Assembly (NCBI GenBank): GCA_049515535.1
Contig: JBEKTZ010000003.1
Coordinates: 248,001 to 312,000, forward strand
From: Candidatus Aminicenantales bacterium
GTDB taxonomy: Bacteria > Acidobacteriota > Aminicenantia > Aminicenantales > UBA4085
Reading direction: 5' to 3'
DNA length: 64,000 nucleotides
Of the stretch, positions 1-9,927 are shown one piece after another (position 1 is the first letter of the stretch; the number at the start of each line of letters is the position of its first letter). The notes under the pieces were generated by a model, which saw only the letters and a list, made by a program, of their open reading frames with translations, ran no database searches and was not told the DNA's origin. A program made the position numbers and the translations under genes.

Positions 1-891
1 GTGCTCCTCGCTTACGCCAAGGATTTTTATCTCATGGCGGCCGCTTTCCTCCTCCTCGGGATGGCCAACAACGCGCTCGACGTCTCGTTCAACAGCCTTT
101 ACTACAAAGACGCCAAGGCGATGGACCAGAACCGGAAATACGGAATCTACGGGTTCTGGATCAGCCTGGGCCCGGCTGTAGGCGTTGTCGGCGGCGGGCT
201 GCTGACGCGATTCGCCGATTTCCGCGTCCTGCAGCTCGTTTTCGCCGCGATCACGCTTCTGGTTTTGTTGACCGCCGGGCGATTCGACCACGAGAAATTT
301 CACCTGGTCTCGTTCGGGGACTACCGGCGGAACCTGTTTCAGGCCAAAACGCTTCTCTTCATCGTCTTCGTTTTCGTCCTGGCCATGCACTGGAGCGTCG
401 AAGGGACCGTCTACAGCCCGTTCCTCGAAAAAGCGTTCGGCTTGAACAGCCTCCAGGTTTCCTATTACATATCCACGGGATTGTTCTTCCTGTCCTTCGC
501 CTCCCTGCTGGTCGGATTCCTGAAATTCAACCTCCGGACCAACAAGCGCCTCCTCGTCCTGGCCATGTTCGCCTCGGGCGCGGGCCTGGTCCTGATGGTC
601 AATGCCAACGTTTATGTGTCTCTGGCCTTCCGGGTCGTTCATGAGATCGGCGACGGCGCCATGGCCGCGCTCCTCACGCTGTTCACTTCGCGGCTCTTCG
701 AAAAGAGGACGATCGGAGGGAGCGCAGGGCTCATCTCGGCGATTTCGATCCTGGGCCAGATGGCCGGCGCCCTGATCTTCTCGCCGCTCGGCTATCGCTA
801 CGGGCTCCAATATCCGTTTCTCATCTCCGGGGGGCTCCTCGTTCTCAACGCGGGATACGGGGCGCTGATTTTCCGGCGCCTCGAATATTGA
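1..891 (+). CDS. MFS transporter (5'-truncated by window edge)
   Basis: Multiple hydrophobic TM segments with MFS-like spacing (e.g. 'SLGPAVGVVGGGLL', 'GQMAGALIFSPLG'). Confidence 0.8.
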   Translation: MLLAYAKDFYLMAAAFLLLGMANNALDVSFNSLYYKDAKAMDQNRKYGIYGFWISLGPAVGVVGGGLLTRFADFRVLQLVFAAITLLVLLTAGRFDHEKFHLVSFGDYRRNLFQAKTLLFIVFVFVLAMHWSVEGTVYSPFLEKAFGLNSLQVSYYISTGLFFLSFASLLVGFLKFNLRTNKRLLVLAMFASGAGLVLMVNANVYVSLAFRVVHEIGDGAMAALLTLFTSRLFEKRTIGGSAGLISAISILGQMAGALIFSPLGYRYGLQYPFLISGGLLVLNAGYGALIFRRLEY

Positions 892-897
892 TTTAGG

Positions 898-2475
898 ATG
901 ATCGCTTTAAAAGGCTCGGGTTTTGACATCATTCTCGTCAGCGGCGAGCCTTATGCCGACCACCCGCTCTCGGGAGCGGGCGTCATCGCCCGCGTGCTTG
1001 ACGCCGAGGGATACAAAGTCGGCGTCATCGAACGGCCCGATTGGAAAGGGAACGCGGATTTCAAGAAGCTCGGCGCGCCGCGCCTTTTCTTCGGCCTCAC
1101 GGCCGGCTCCATCGACAGCATGCTCGTCAACTACACGCCGCTCAAACGGGCTCGGGCCAAGGATGAGCACGAGCCGTACCGGTCCGGCATGCCCGACCGG
1201 GCCGTCCTGGTTTATGCCAACAGGATCAGGCCTTTGTTCCCCGGCGTCCCCCTCGTCCTCGGCGGGATCGAGGCTTCGCTGCGTCGCTTCGCCCATTACG
1301 ATTACTGGGAGAACAAGATCCGGCGCGGCCTGTTGCTCGATTCGCGCGCCGATATTCTCGTTTACGGCCCGGGCGAGCTCCAGGCCGTCGAGATCGCCAA
1401 GCGGCTGGAGAACGGCGAGGATTTGGCCGGGATCCGCGGAACGTGCGTCGTGCGGCCGGAAGTGCCGCCGGGCTTCCGTGAAATCCCTTCGTTCGAGGAC
1501 GTGAGCGCGAGCCCTGACGCGTTCTGCCGCGCCCAAAATCTCTTTTCCAACCGCCGGGCGCTCGCCCAGCGCCATGCCGCCCGCTATGCCCTGCAGTATC
1601 CGATGCCGGATTACACTGCCGCGGATTTGGATCGGATTTACGGCCTTCCGTTTTCGCGCAAGGTCCCCGCCCATTTTCCCGAGTTCAAGATGGCCCAGTT
1701 CTCCGTGGTCACGCACCGCGGCTGTTTCGGACGCTGCTCGTTCTGCGCGCTGGCCCTCCACCAGGGCGACCGGATCGTTTCGCGGAGCGAGAAATCCATC
1801 CTCGACGAGATCTTCCGCCTGACCCGGCATCCGGATTTCAAGGGCTATATCGACGACATGGGAGGTCCGACGGCGAACATGTACGGCATGGACTGCGCCG
1901 CGGGCGAGCGGTGCGAAAAAGAGTGCCTGAGCTGCGCGAGGCTCGACCGGAGCCACCGCCGCTTGATCGCGCTCATGCGGAAAGCACGGCGGGTCCCCGG
2001 CGTCAAAAAGATCTTTGTCCGGAGCGGCATCCGCTACGACCTGGCCATGGAGAGCGAGGAATATTTGCGGGAGATCTGCGGGCACCATCTCTCCGGCCTG
2101 CTCAAGATCGCGCCGGAGCACGTTTCGCCCGCGGTTTTGCGGCGCATGAACAAAAACGTCCCGCCGCTCGAAGATTTCCGCCGTCTTTTCATGAGCATCA
2201 ACGCCGGCCGCAAGCAGCATCTCAAATATTATTTCATGGTCGGCCACCCGGGCTGCGGTCCGAGAGAGGCGGATGAGTTGAAGCGGGAGATCCGGCGGCT
2301 GGAGCGGGAAGGGGAGAAGCCGGTCGAGGGCGTCCAGATCTTCACGCCGACGCCCATGACCGTCTCGACCTGCATGTATCACACGGGGCTCGATCCCGCG
2401 ACCGGCGAAAAGGTCCACGTCCCGCGGACTTTCGCCGAGAAGAAAGAACAGAAGCGGCGATGCGCCCGGCCGTGA
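898..2475 (+). CDS. ygiQ: YgiQ-family (UPF0313) radical SAM protein
   Basis: N-terminal 'DIILVSGEPYADHP', 'GGIEASLRRFAHYDYW', CxxxCxxC 'GCFGRCSFC', 'DMGGPTANMYG', 'QIFTPTPMT'. Confidence 0.9.
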   Translation: MIALKGSGFDIILVSGEPYADHPLSGAGVIARVLDAEGYKVGVIERPDWKGNADFKKLGAPRLFFGLTAGSIDSMLVNYTPLKRARAKDEHEPYRSGMPDRAVLVYANRIRPLFPGVPLVLGGIEASLRRFAHYDYWENKIRRGLLLDSRADILVYGPGELQAVEIAKRLENGEDLAGIRGTCVVRPEVPPGFREIPSFEDVSASPDAFCRAQNLFSNRRALAQRHAARYALQYPMPDYTAADLDRIYGLPFSRKVPAHFPEFKMAQFSVVTHRGCFGRCSFCALALHQGDRIVSRSEKSILDEIFRLTRHPDFKGYIDDMGGPTANMYGMDCAAGERCEKECLSCARLDRSHRRLIALMRKARRVPGVKKIFVRSGIRYDLAMESEEYLREICGHHLSGLLKIAPEHVSPAVLRRMNKNVPPLEDFRRLFMSINAGRKQHLKYYFMVGHPGCGPREADELKREIRRLEREGEKPVEGVQIFTPTPMTVSTCMYHTGLDPATGEKVHVPRTFAEKKEQKRRCARP

Positions 2476-2605
2476 GGCGTTTTTGTCATTATCGCGGAAT
2501 ATCAATGACCGACCGGTCCTAATTTAAAAAAATTACCCGCTGACAACTTTTTACGGTGAACTGCCTGAACAGAGGGGCGAGTTGGGCCCTGAATCAATCA
2601 GGGTC

Positions 2606-2658
2606 TTGACTTTTATTTAAAACAATTTAAACTAAAGGTAACGATTCATGTAACCTTT
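2606..2658 (+). promoter_or_regulatory. sigma70 promoter and candidate AbiEi operator inverted repeat
   Basis: TTGACT(2606)-16 nt-TAAACT(2628), followed by imperfect IR AAAGGTAAC-N7-GTAACCTTT (2634-2658); AbiEi antitoxins autorepress via promoter IRs. Confidence 0.6.
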
Positions 2659-2669
2659 GGTTCTTATCT

Positions 2670-3248
2670 ATGGAAAAAGCCAACCTTCTAAACATCCTTC
2701 GCGGCCGGAACACAGTCTTTACTTTTAAAGACATTCTTTTGGCTTCAGGTGAAACCAACGCCTCTCTGCTTCGAAGGCGGATCAATTATTATGTGAAGAC
2801 TCGGGAGCTTTATCCCATCCGCCGCGGCATTTACGCAAAAGATAGAAATTACGACCGACTGGAACTGGCCAATAAGATTTTTTCTCCCGCCTATATCAGT
2901 TTCGAGACGGTCCTGGTCAAAGAAGGCGTGGTCTTTCAACATTATAATCAGATCTTCGTGGCCAGCTATTTGACCAGAGAAATACCCTGCGATGGGGGCG
3001 TTTACGCTTTTCGCCGATTGAAAGACGTGGTCCTGGCCAACACTCTTGGCATCGAGATCAAGGCCAATTATTCGATTGCTTCCAGGGAAAGAGCGTTTCT
3101 GGATACGCTCTACCTGAATCCGACTTATCATTTTGACAATCTTTCTTCCATTGATTGGAAGAAATGCCGAGAGATCTTGCCTATTTACGGCAATAAAGCC
3201 CTAGCAAAAAGATTGGACTCATATTTAAAACTAGATCAACATGCTTGA
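2670..3248 (+). CDS. abiEi: Type IV TA antitoxin, AbiEi family
   Basis: N-terminal wHTH-like '...IRRGIYA', 'AYISFETVL', 'ASRERAFLDTLY'; overlaps downstream nucleotidyltransferase. Confidence 0.8.
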   Translation: MEKANLLNILRGRNTVFTFKDILLASGETNASLLRRRINYYVKTRELYPIRRGIYAKDRNYDRLELANKIFSPAYISFETVLVKEGVVFQHYNQIFVASYLTREIPCDGGVYAFRRLKDVVLANTLGIEIKANYSIASRERAFLDTLYLNPTYHFDNLSSIDWKKCREILPIYGNKALAKRLDSYLKLDQHA

Positions 3249-3933
3249 TCGAAATATTCACAAAACAATCCTGCTTCAAATCCTAAAAGATATCTATACC
3301 CATGCTTCACTCGGTCCGGTCTTGGGTTTTAAAGGCGGTACCGCCTCTCACTTCTTCTATAACTTGGGCCGCTTCTCGGTTGACCTGGATTTTGATCTTT
3401 TAAACGAAGCCAAAGAAGCTATCGTTTTTAAGCGGGTCGAAAACATACTTCGAGAGTACGGAACCATTAAAGAAAAACAAAAGAAACTGAATACCTTGTT
3501 CTTCCTGCTTTCTTATGGCGAAAGGGATCAGAACATTAAGGTGGAGATCAATCGGCGGAATTTCGGCTCCCGCTACGAGTTGAAGAGCTACCTGGGCGTC
3601 TCCATGCTCGTGATGGTTAGAGAAGACATGTTCAGCCACAAGCTGGTCGCCATGCTGGAACGGACCAAAACGGCGAATCGCGATGTCTTTGATGTCTGGC
3701 ATTTTTTGAAAAATCGCTGGCCCATCAATAAAGAGATAGTGGAAAAGCGAACTCAATTGGAGTTTAAGGATTATTTGAAGAAATGCGTGAAGTTCGTCGA
3801 ATCCATGAGTGACCGCGGCATTCTGGCCGGCATCGGTGAGCTCATAGACAATAAGCAAAAGGCATGGATCAAGGCCAATCTCAAGAAAGATACGGCATTC
3901 TTGTTAAAATTGCGGCTGGAGCAAGAGAAATAG
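3241..3933 (+). CDS. abiEii: Type IV TA toxin, AbiEii nucleotidyltransferase
   Basis: 'FKGGTA' and 'RFSVDLDF' motifs, conserved K ('HKLVA') and 'RDVFDVW'. Confidence 0.88.
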   Translation: MLDRNIHKTILLQILKDIYTHASLGPVLGFKGGTASHFFYNLGRFSVDLDFDLLNEAKEAIVFKRVENILREYGTIKEKQKKLNTLFFLLSYGERDQNIKVEINRRNFGSRYELKSYLGVSMLVMVREDMFSHKLVAMLERTKTANRDVFDVWHFLKNRWPINKEIVEKRTQLEFKDYLKKCVKFVESMSDRGILAGIGELIDNKQKAWIKANLKKDTAFLLKLRLEQEK

Positions 3934-4013
3934 TCATCGTATTTTCTGACGCCTGGTAACACCCCGCTCCCGCTCGTCCAAGGATACGTACGAGGCCGAG
4001 AACGCCCGGCTTC

Positions 4014-4054
4014 TAGGGGACGCTTCTCTTTTTCAGGTAGAGAAGCGTCCCCTA
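4014..4054. repeat. GGGGAC/GTCCCC hairpin family copy 1 (REP-like or terminator)
   Basis: 16-bp perfect stem TAGGGGACGCTTCTCT...AGAGAAGCGTCCCCTA between convergent genes. Confidence 0.7.
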
Positions 4055-4119
4055 CGGGATGATTATATTCAGAATCGAATTTCGACGCCTGCCTCGCTTT
4101 CTGTCACCGCTTCTATCGG

Positions 4120-6156
4120 CTACTTGACGACTTTCAGCGGCGGCAGAAAATTCTCCATCACCCAGAGCTCGCTCTTGGAACCCTCATCGACGCTGAACGC
4201 AAAGCGGCGGTTGTCCGGGTGAAGCGCGAAGTATTGCAGTTTTGGAACGGAGAGGTCCAGCTTCAGCGGCGTCCCGCCCTGCGCCGGAACCCGCCAGATT
4301 TCACTGCTCGCGGTATTGCGTGCCCGGACAATGATGTAACGGCCGTCCCTCGTCCACCCCAGCCCGTAATACCAGTCAGGGTGCGCCGAACCGCGAAATA
4401 GCTCCCGCGGCTCCCCTCCGTTGAGGGACACGGTCTTTACAGCGCCATTCACCTGGAACACCACTTCCCGGCCGTCCGGCGAGAGGTCGTAAAATATTCC
4501 TGCTTTGACAACTTCCGACTCCTCACCGGTGTCGAGGTTGCGTTTCCTGATGCTTGGCCCCCCTGTCTCCCCCTTCACGAACACCAGGGTCTTCCCATCC
4601 GGGCAGAGCTTGGGGGCAAAGCCTCCATCTGGCAACTTAGTGATCTCGCTTGTTTCAGTGTCAATTCGGAAGATCCCAGTTTCCGTCCCCGTAATCCCGA
4701 GCGCGATGACGGAACGGCCGTCCGGCGCCCAGGAGATCTGGTTAACGAAACGAAGACGCGGCGACAGGAAGCGCTCTTCCCCGGTTGCGGCCGACCGGAT
4801 CGTGAGGATATTGTTTCCAGGACTGACGTCACCCCGACGTGAAATGTAGAGTAAGTTCCTGCCGTCGGGTGACCATGTTGGCTGTGACGGTGGGCCAGTA
4901 TACCGCGTCGTGACCGGCGCGGGTGGCACGAGTACCTTACCGGTTTCAAGGTCGACCTCACCGTAGTAGAGGCGACCTAAAGAGGTGCCAGTCTTGTAAT
5001 AAAGGGAGCCATCGGGTGCAAAGCCAAGAACCTCTGAATCATAGCCGAAGTCCTTTTTCAACAGTTCTGGTTCTCCTTGCTGCTTCCCCCCGGTGATGTG
5101 GACGGTCCAGATGTCCCACGTTCCCGAGCGGTCGCTGAGGAAGACAAGGCTTTTCCCGTCCGGTGTCCATCCAAGCAGTCGATCCTCCGCAGGGTGCCCG
5201 GCAACAACGACCTCATTCCGGCCATCGGCGGTCATCAGGAAGACGTCGCCATGGGGTGGACTACCCTCACGCACGAAACTGAACGCGACAAATCGCCCAT
5301 CGGGCGAGAAACTGGCCCTTTCAAACAAGAACAAGGGCGAAGTAATACTCCTCAGGACGCGCACCGAGCCGTCCGCTGTCGAGATCAGTGTTAGGTCAAT
5401 CCCCCCCTTTGAACTGTAACCAAGCTCGCGAAGTGCGAGGATGGACCTTGCGTCAGGCGACCAGTCCAAGGGTGCGACGTAAGAGTCTTTCTCACTGTAA
5501 AGTGTGCGAAGGCCCGAACCATCCAGGTTTCTAATCCGCACTTGAGGGACCCAGTCCTTCGTATACGAGTTGTATGCGATTTGTTTTCCGTCGCGTGATA
5601 ACGCTTGGTACTCGTAGGACGCCTCAGTCTCGCTCCAGGGCCCCTTATTTTTGATTCGGCTCGTCTGTCCGCCGGCAACTTCGAACTGGACCACGTCACC
5701 CTTTTCCCAATCTATACCTCTGATGAACTTGCCATCCGCGGTCAAGACTCCATCGACACCGGAGGCATCCGCTAGGATCCGGCGGGTGATGAGTCCCCCG
5801 GCGCCGCCGGGGCCGCCCAGTGCCGCCAGCCTCACCCGCGCCTGCGCCACAATCTCGGCCTGGTCGGCGAAGTCGCGCACCACCCGCTCGTAGGCGGCGC
5901 GCGCCTCTGCATTGCCCAATTTTTCATAGCACAGTCCGATATACAGTTGAGATTTCGCCGCATATTCTCTTTCTCCAGGATATTTCTGGATTAGCTCACT
6001 GAAGAGCTTGATGGCTTCATTCAGGTCGCCCTTTGTTTCCATGGCGAATTTCGCTTTTTCGAAAAGCACTTTATGTTCGGGAGAATTTTGAAGGCCAAAA
6101 GCCATCAACGCGGCTGCCAAAACTGCAATTGAGATAATAGTTTTTTTAAAATTCAT
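4120..6156 (-). CDS. Secreted TPR + WD40-like (PD40) beta-propeller protein, paralog P1
   Basis: Signal peptide MNFKKTIISIAVL.. with RBS GGAGG; TPR 'IGLCYEKLGNAEARAAYERVV'; many W/FSPDG repeats; C-terminal 'ELWVMENFLP'. Confidence 0.85.
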   Translation of the reverse strand: MNFKKTIISIAVLAAALMAFGLQNSPEHKVLFEKAKFAMETKGDLNEAIKLFSELIQKYPGEREYAAKSQLYIGLCYEKLGNAEARAAYERVVRDFADQAEIVAQARVRLAALGGPGGAGGLITRRILADASGVDGVLTADGKFIRGIDWEKGDVVQFEVAGGQTSRIKNKGPWSETEASYEYQALSRDGKQIAYNSYTKDWVPQVRIRNLDGSGLRTLYSEKDSYVAPLDWSPDARSILALRELGYSSKGGIDLTLISTADGSVRVLRSITSPLFLFERASFSPDGRFVAFSFVREGSPPHGDVFLMTADGRNEVVVAGHPAEDRLLGWTPDGKSLVFLSDRSGTWDIWTVHITGGKQQGEPELLKKDFGYDSEVLGFAPDGSLYYKTGTSLGRLYYGEVDLETGKVLVPPAPVTTRYTGPPSQPTWSPDGRNLLYISRRGDVSPGNNILTIRSAATGEERFLSPRLRFVNQISWAPDGRSVIALGITGTETGIFRIDTETSEITKLPDGGFAPKLCPDGKTLVFVKGETGGPSIRKRNLDTGEESEVVKAGIFYDLSPDGREVVFQVNGAVKTVSLNGGEPRELFRGSAHPDWYYGLGWTRDGRYIIVRARNTASSEIWRVPAQGGTPLKLDLSVPKLQYFALHPDNRRFAFSVDEGSKSELWVMENFLPPLKVVK

Positions 6157-6194
6157 GATGCTACCTCCTACCGGTGATTTTTCCATTCATCAAC

Positions 6195-6257
6195 AAAGTA
6201 GCTCTTTCGTCTTTCAATGTTGTCAAGCAAAAGTAAAAAATTGTAAAAGATTGTTAT
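6195..6257 (-). promoter_or_regulatory. OmpR-type tandem boxes and -10 for P1
   Basis: +strand TGTCAA(6221), AGTAAA(6232), TGTAAA(6242), TGTTAT(6252), spacing 11/10/10; minus-strand TACTTT 20 nt downstream of the last box. Confidence 0.65.
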
Positions 6258-6943
6258 CAGCCCATAAACCGGTATCCTGCTCCATAGACGGAAAAAATGT
6301 ATTTGGGATGAGCCGGGTCTTCCTCGATCTTTTTCCTCAATTTCAGGATATGGTTGTCGATGGTTCGGGTAGTGGGAAACCTCTCATAACCCCAGATTTT
6401 ATCGAGCAAAGCCTCTCTGGTGACAACTTCGCCTCTATGCGCAACGAAGTATTTGAGAATCTCCACTTCAAGCGATGTCAGGTCAACTTCCTTACCCTTG
6501 CGCCTGACTTTGAAATGAGAAAAATCAACTTCAACATCGCCAAAAGAATAAGCTTCAGGGATTTTCTTCACTTCCCTTTTCTCGCGCCTCAGATGCGCTT
6601 TTAGCCGGGCCAAGAGTTCTCGAATGCTAAAAGGCTTGGTTATATAATCATCGGCACCGACTTCCAACCCTACCACCTTGTCGACCTCTTCCCCTTTGGC
6701 GGTAAGCATAATGATTGGGATATTCATATTCTTCTGACGAATCTCCCGGCAGACTTCAAGACCATCCATTTTGGGGAGCATAATGTCAAGAATGATTAAA
6801 TCCGGCCGTTCCTCCAAGGCTTTGCGAATTCCTTCCTGACCATCATAAGCCCAGGCCACATCATATCCTTCGCCAGCCAGATTGAGTTTCAACCCTTTAA
6901 CCAGGTCCTCTTCATCCTCGATAATCAATATCTTCTCTTTCAT
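6257..6943 (-). CDS. OmpR/PhoB-family response regulator RR1
   Basis: Receiver 'ILDIMLPKMDG', 'GADDYITKPF'; wHTH 'RTIDNHILKLRKKIE'. Confidence 0.95.
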   Translation of the reverse strand: MKEKILIIEDEEDLVKGLKLNLAGEGYDVAWAYDGQEGIRKALEERPDLIILDIMLPKMDGLEVCREIRQKNMNIPIIMLTAKGEEVDKVVGLEVGADDYITKPFSIRELLARLKAHLRREKREVKKIPEAYSFGDVEVDFSHFKVRRKGKEVDLTSLEVEILKYFVAHRGEVVTREALLDKIWGYERFPTTRTIDNHILKLRKKIEEDPAHPKYIFSVYGAGYRFMG

Positions 6944-6945
6944 TC

Positions 6946-9075
6946 CTATTCCTCATTAGGGCCAGGGAAAGGAAGAATCACTGAGAAGATACTCCCTTCT
7001 CCTGGCTGGCTCTCGACTTTTACCCCGCCACCATGAGCTTCTGTAATGTGCTTGACCAAAGTCAGTCCTAAGCCGCTTCCCGCTGTTTCCGCAGTTACTT
7101 TATTTTTAACACGGTAAAATCTTCGAAAAATCTTTGATGTTTCCCTGGGCGAGATTCCTATTCCTTTATCTTCGACCCGAAGGACAGCACTATTTTTTTC
7201 TTTGAATAATCTCACCGTCACTTCCTTTTGATCCGGAGAAAACTTCATGGCATTGCTTAAAAGGTTGATCAAAACACTGGCCATGGCTTCCGGGTCAAAA
7301 TCCATCTGGGGAAGCTCGTGGGCAATTTCTGCTTGAATCTTAAATCCTTTCTTCTCCAAGTGATAGCGGTAGGAATCTAAAGTATCCCGAACAACATCAG
7401 ACAAATTCCCTTTTTTAAAATTGAATTCTTTTCTTCCCATCTCAATCCTGGAGAAATCTAGAACATTATTGATGAGGTGCGACAGCCGCTCGCTCTCTTT
7501 GGTGATGATTTCATAAGCCTCCCGCTTTTCTTCCTCTTCCAGGTCTTCTTTTCGTTGGAGTGTTTCGCCGTAGAGGCGAATGAGCGTCAGGGGCGTTTTC
7601 AACTCATGGGAAACATTGTGGACGAATTCGGTTCGAAGGCGCGTTGTTTCCGTTTCCCTTGCAATATCACGCACGATTAAAACAACACCCAAAAGCATTA
7701 AGACCACAATGACACTGAGGAGCATTCCATAGAGAATGTTCTCACGACGTGCTGTTCTCTCCAACTCATTGAAGGCAGGCTGAGAAGTCAGAAGTTTCCA
7801 GGGGAAAGGAAACTGGCGAAAGGATAAAGATAGAGAATCTTTTGCAGCCAATTCCTTTTTCCCGCTTAAGACATTTTGGCCGCCTTCATCGACGACCTGA
7901 ATCTGAAGCCCGGAATCCTCGCTGATCTCGCCTAATACTTTCGATAATATCTCTTTTTTAAAATAATCGAGACTCCAGCAATAGCCTCCGTAAAGAGTTT
8001 TTTCTGGTTGAAAATCAGGGAGGAGGCGATAAGAGATAAGATAAAAACTTGCATCTTGGCGAACGGCAAAGAAACGTTCTAGCTGGCTCTCTTCCCCCTT
8101 TTTGGAGAGAGCATGTTTTTCTTTTATTCGGGGAATAACTTCCCTCTTCAAAAAGTCTGTAAAAAGCAATGCTTGAAGATAAGGGGCTTTCCTCTCTCTC
8201 AAGGCATCGTAAGATTTTTTAATCTCAGGAAACTTCTCATTCAGTTTTTCGTTAAGAATTGATTCTATATCGGCAACGAAAAAATCATAGCTGGAAGAGC
8301 CAAGAAGCCAATCTCCATTCCTTATCTTCTGATAAAGGTCGAACAAAATTTTAAGGCTTTGCTCCTCTCTCCCTCGATGCTGTTCTATCTCAAATAACTG
8401 AAACACAGCCCCTGTTCCATAAGGATGGCCTGCTTTATTCTTTAATTGTCCATGCTTCTCAGATAGCTCGATATAAACTTTGAAGGCTCCCTCATATTCT
8501 TTCAAGGAAAGAAGACAACGGCCCAGGCCTTCAAGGGCCATGGCCTGATTTTGCTCTGAAGAGGCTGACACTGAGCATTGTTTATAAAGCTCAGCGGCCC
8601 GCCCGTAGTTCTTTTGGGTGAATTCAATGGATTCTGCTCTCTGAAAATCTTGAGAAAAATTGCTGTTCAATAGGCTTTTCTCCTGCTGAAAAACCGAAGC
8701 ATCCTCGGCTCCAGTGCGAGGAAAAATGATTTGATAATCAGCATCGAGGAGAAAAGCCTGGCCGGTGACTTGCTTGGAGTCTAAAGGAAAATTAAAAGGG
8801 CCTTGACTCGCGCTTTCTTGCCGGATCAATGAAATAAAATTTTCCGCTTTTAAGGCCTGCTCTTCATACTCGAGAAGTTTAACCTCGAGAGACTTCAGCG
8901 CAGCTTCGCCTGAAATCCAGAGATTTGATTCAAGAATTTTCTGGACTGCCTCACGCCTTTTGGCAAAAGTGCTCAAGCTTAAATAGCCAACGATAAGCGA
9001 AGGCAACAAAATGGCGAGCAGGAAAATAAGGACGATTTTCTTTCGGGCTAATATCCCCTGAATGAATATTTTCAT
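6946..9075 (-). CDS. Sensor histidine kinase HK1 with periplasmic TPR domain
   Basis: Two TM segments; TPR 'ALEGLGRCLLSLKEYEGA'; H-box 'VSHELKTPL'; N/G boxes 'NLLSNAMKF', 'DKGIGI', 'GSGLGL'. Confidence 0.95.
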   Translation of the reverse strand: MKIFIQGILARKKIVLIFLLAILLPSLIVGYLSLSTFAKRREAVQKILESNLWISGEAALKSLEVKLLEYEEQALKAENFISLIRQESASQGPFNFPLDSKQVTGQAFLLDADYQIIFPRTGAEDASVFQQEKSLLNSNFSQDFQRAESIEFTQKNYGRAAELYKQCSVSASSEQNQAMALEGLGRCLLSLKEYEGAFKVYIELSEKHGQLKNKAGHPYGTGAVFQLFEIEQHRGREEQSLKILFDLYQKIRNGDWLLGSSSYDFFVADIESILNEKLNEKFPEIKKSYDALRERKAPYLQALLFTDFLKREVIPRIKEKHALSKKGEESQLERFFAVRQDASFYLISYRLLPDFQPEKTLYGGYCWSLDYFKKEILSKVLGEISEDSGLQIQVVDEGGQNVLSGKKELAAKDSLSLSFRQFPFPWKLLTSQPAFNELERTARRENILYGMLLSVIVVLMLLGVVLIVRDIARETETTRLRTEFVHNVSHELKTPLTLIRLYGETLQRKEDLEEEEKREAYEIITKESERLSHLINNVLDFSRIEMGRKEFNFKKGNLSDVVRDTLDSYRYHLEKKGFKIQAEIAHELPQMDFDPEAMASVLINLLSNAMKFSPDQKEVTVRLFKEKNSAVLRVEDKGIGISPRETSKIFRRFYRVKNKVTAETAGSGLGLTLVKHITEAHGGGVKVESQPGEGSIFSVILPFPGPNEE

Positions 9076-9116
9076 CGCCGGCTTTGAAATCCGACTCGCT
9101 GAATAATTTCATGTCA

Positions 9117-9178
9117 ATTGTATCAATTTCAATCATCAAAATGTCAAAAAAATGTAAAAAATTGTCATCAAATATCAT
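9117..9178 (-). promoter_or_regulatory. OmpR-type tandem boxes upstream of HK1 (probable autoregulation)
   Basis: TGTCAA(9142), TGTAAA(9153), TGTCAT(9163), TATCAT(9173): the same 11/10/10 spacing as upstream of P1; TACAAT on the minus strand 19 nt downstream. Confidence 0.6.
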
Positions 9179-9424
9179 TAGGATAAGAGTCTGCTTTTTG
9201 ACTGCGTTGGCCAAGTGAGCATCTTGATCCCCATTTACCCATCCAATCATCGCGTGTAATTGTTCCATGCTGCGAAGTGAAAGATTGAAGTTTGAGTTGC
9301 AAATCACCCCAGTTTTCAAGCAGGAGGGGAACAAGATCAAGGTGACATAGACCCAGCCGCTCGTTCTCAAAGCCGGGGATAAGCTGGCCTTGACGGTGGA
9401 ATTCTAAGAACCAAGAAAAGGAAG

Positions 9425-9471
9425 AAAAGGGGACGGTTTTATTTTCTCGAAAAAGAGAACCGTCCCCTTTT
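9425..9471. repeat. GGGGAC/GTCCCC hairpin family copy 2
   Basis: AAAAGGGGACGGTT...AACCGTCCCCTTTT. Confidence 0.7.
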
Positions 9472-9484
9472 TTACTTCTACCAG

Positions 9485-9800
9485 CTACTTGGCAACTTTC
9501 AGCGCCGGCAGGAAGTTCTCCATCACCCAGAGCTCGCTTTTGGATTCTCCCGCCATGAAGGCGACCCGCCGTCCATCGGGGTGAATGCGCACCTCGTTTG
9601 GCTTGGGCACTCCCAGGTCCACCCGCTGCGCTTCCTTGCCGGTTTCGGGGACTCTCCATACTTCGTTCTTATCCTTACCGCGATGCTGAACCACCACGGA
9701 CTGGCCGACCGGCATTCAGGTCAATTCCAACGGCAACTCACCCGCCACGCGGAACAGTTCAGGTGATTCTCCGCCGGCGGCTCGCGCCACCGTGATCTTC
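9485..9800 (-). pseudogene. Remnant of the C-terminus of a beta-propeller paralog
   Basis: 'AGGESPELFR..LELT*MPVGQ..EVWRVP..IHPDGRRVAF..ELWVMENFLPALKVAK'; in-frame TGA where paralogs have W (TW.PDG); no 5' part; upstream boundary approximate. Confidence 0.8.
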
Positions 9801-9927
9801 ATTTGATCCTGGATTACTATGAAACATACACGCACCCGAACGTCAGAGATTGGCTGGCCCGTCACCCTCGATTTCATCTTCATTTCACGCCGACGAGTTC
9901 GTCGTAGATCCGTCATTGAGGCGCCCA

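Noticed and set aside
907..2505. 532-aa minus-strand ORF
   Set aside because: Antisense shadow of ygiQ in high-GC DNA; no recognisable motifs
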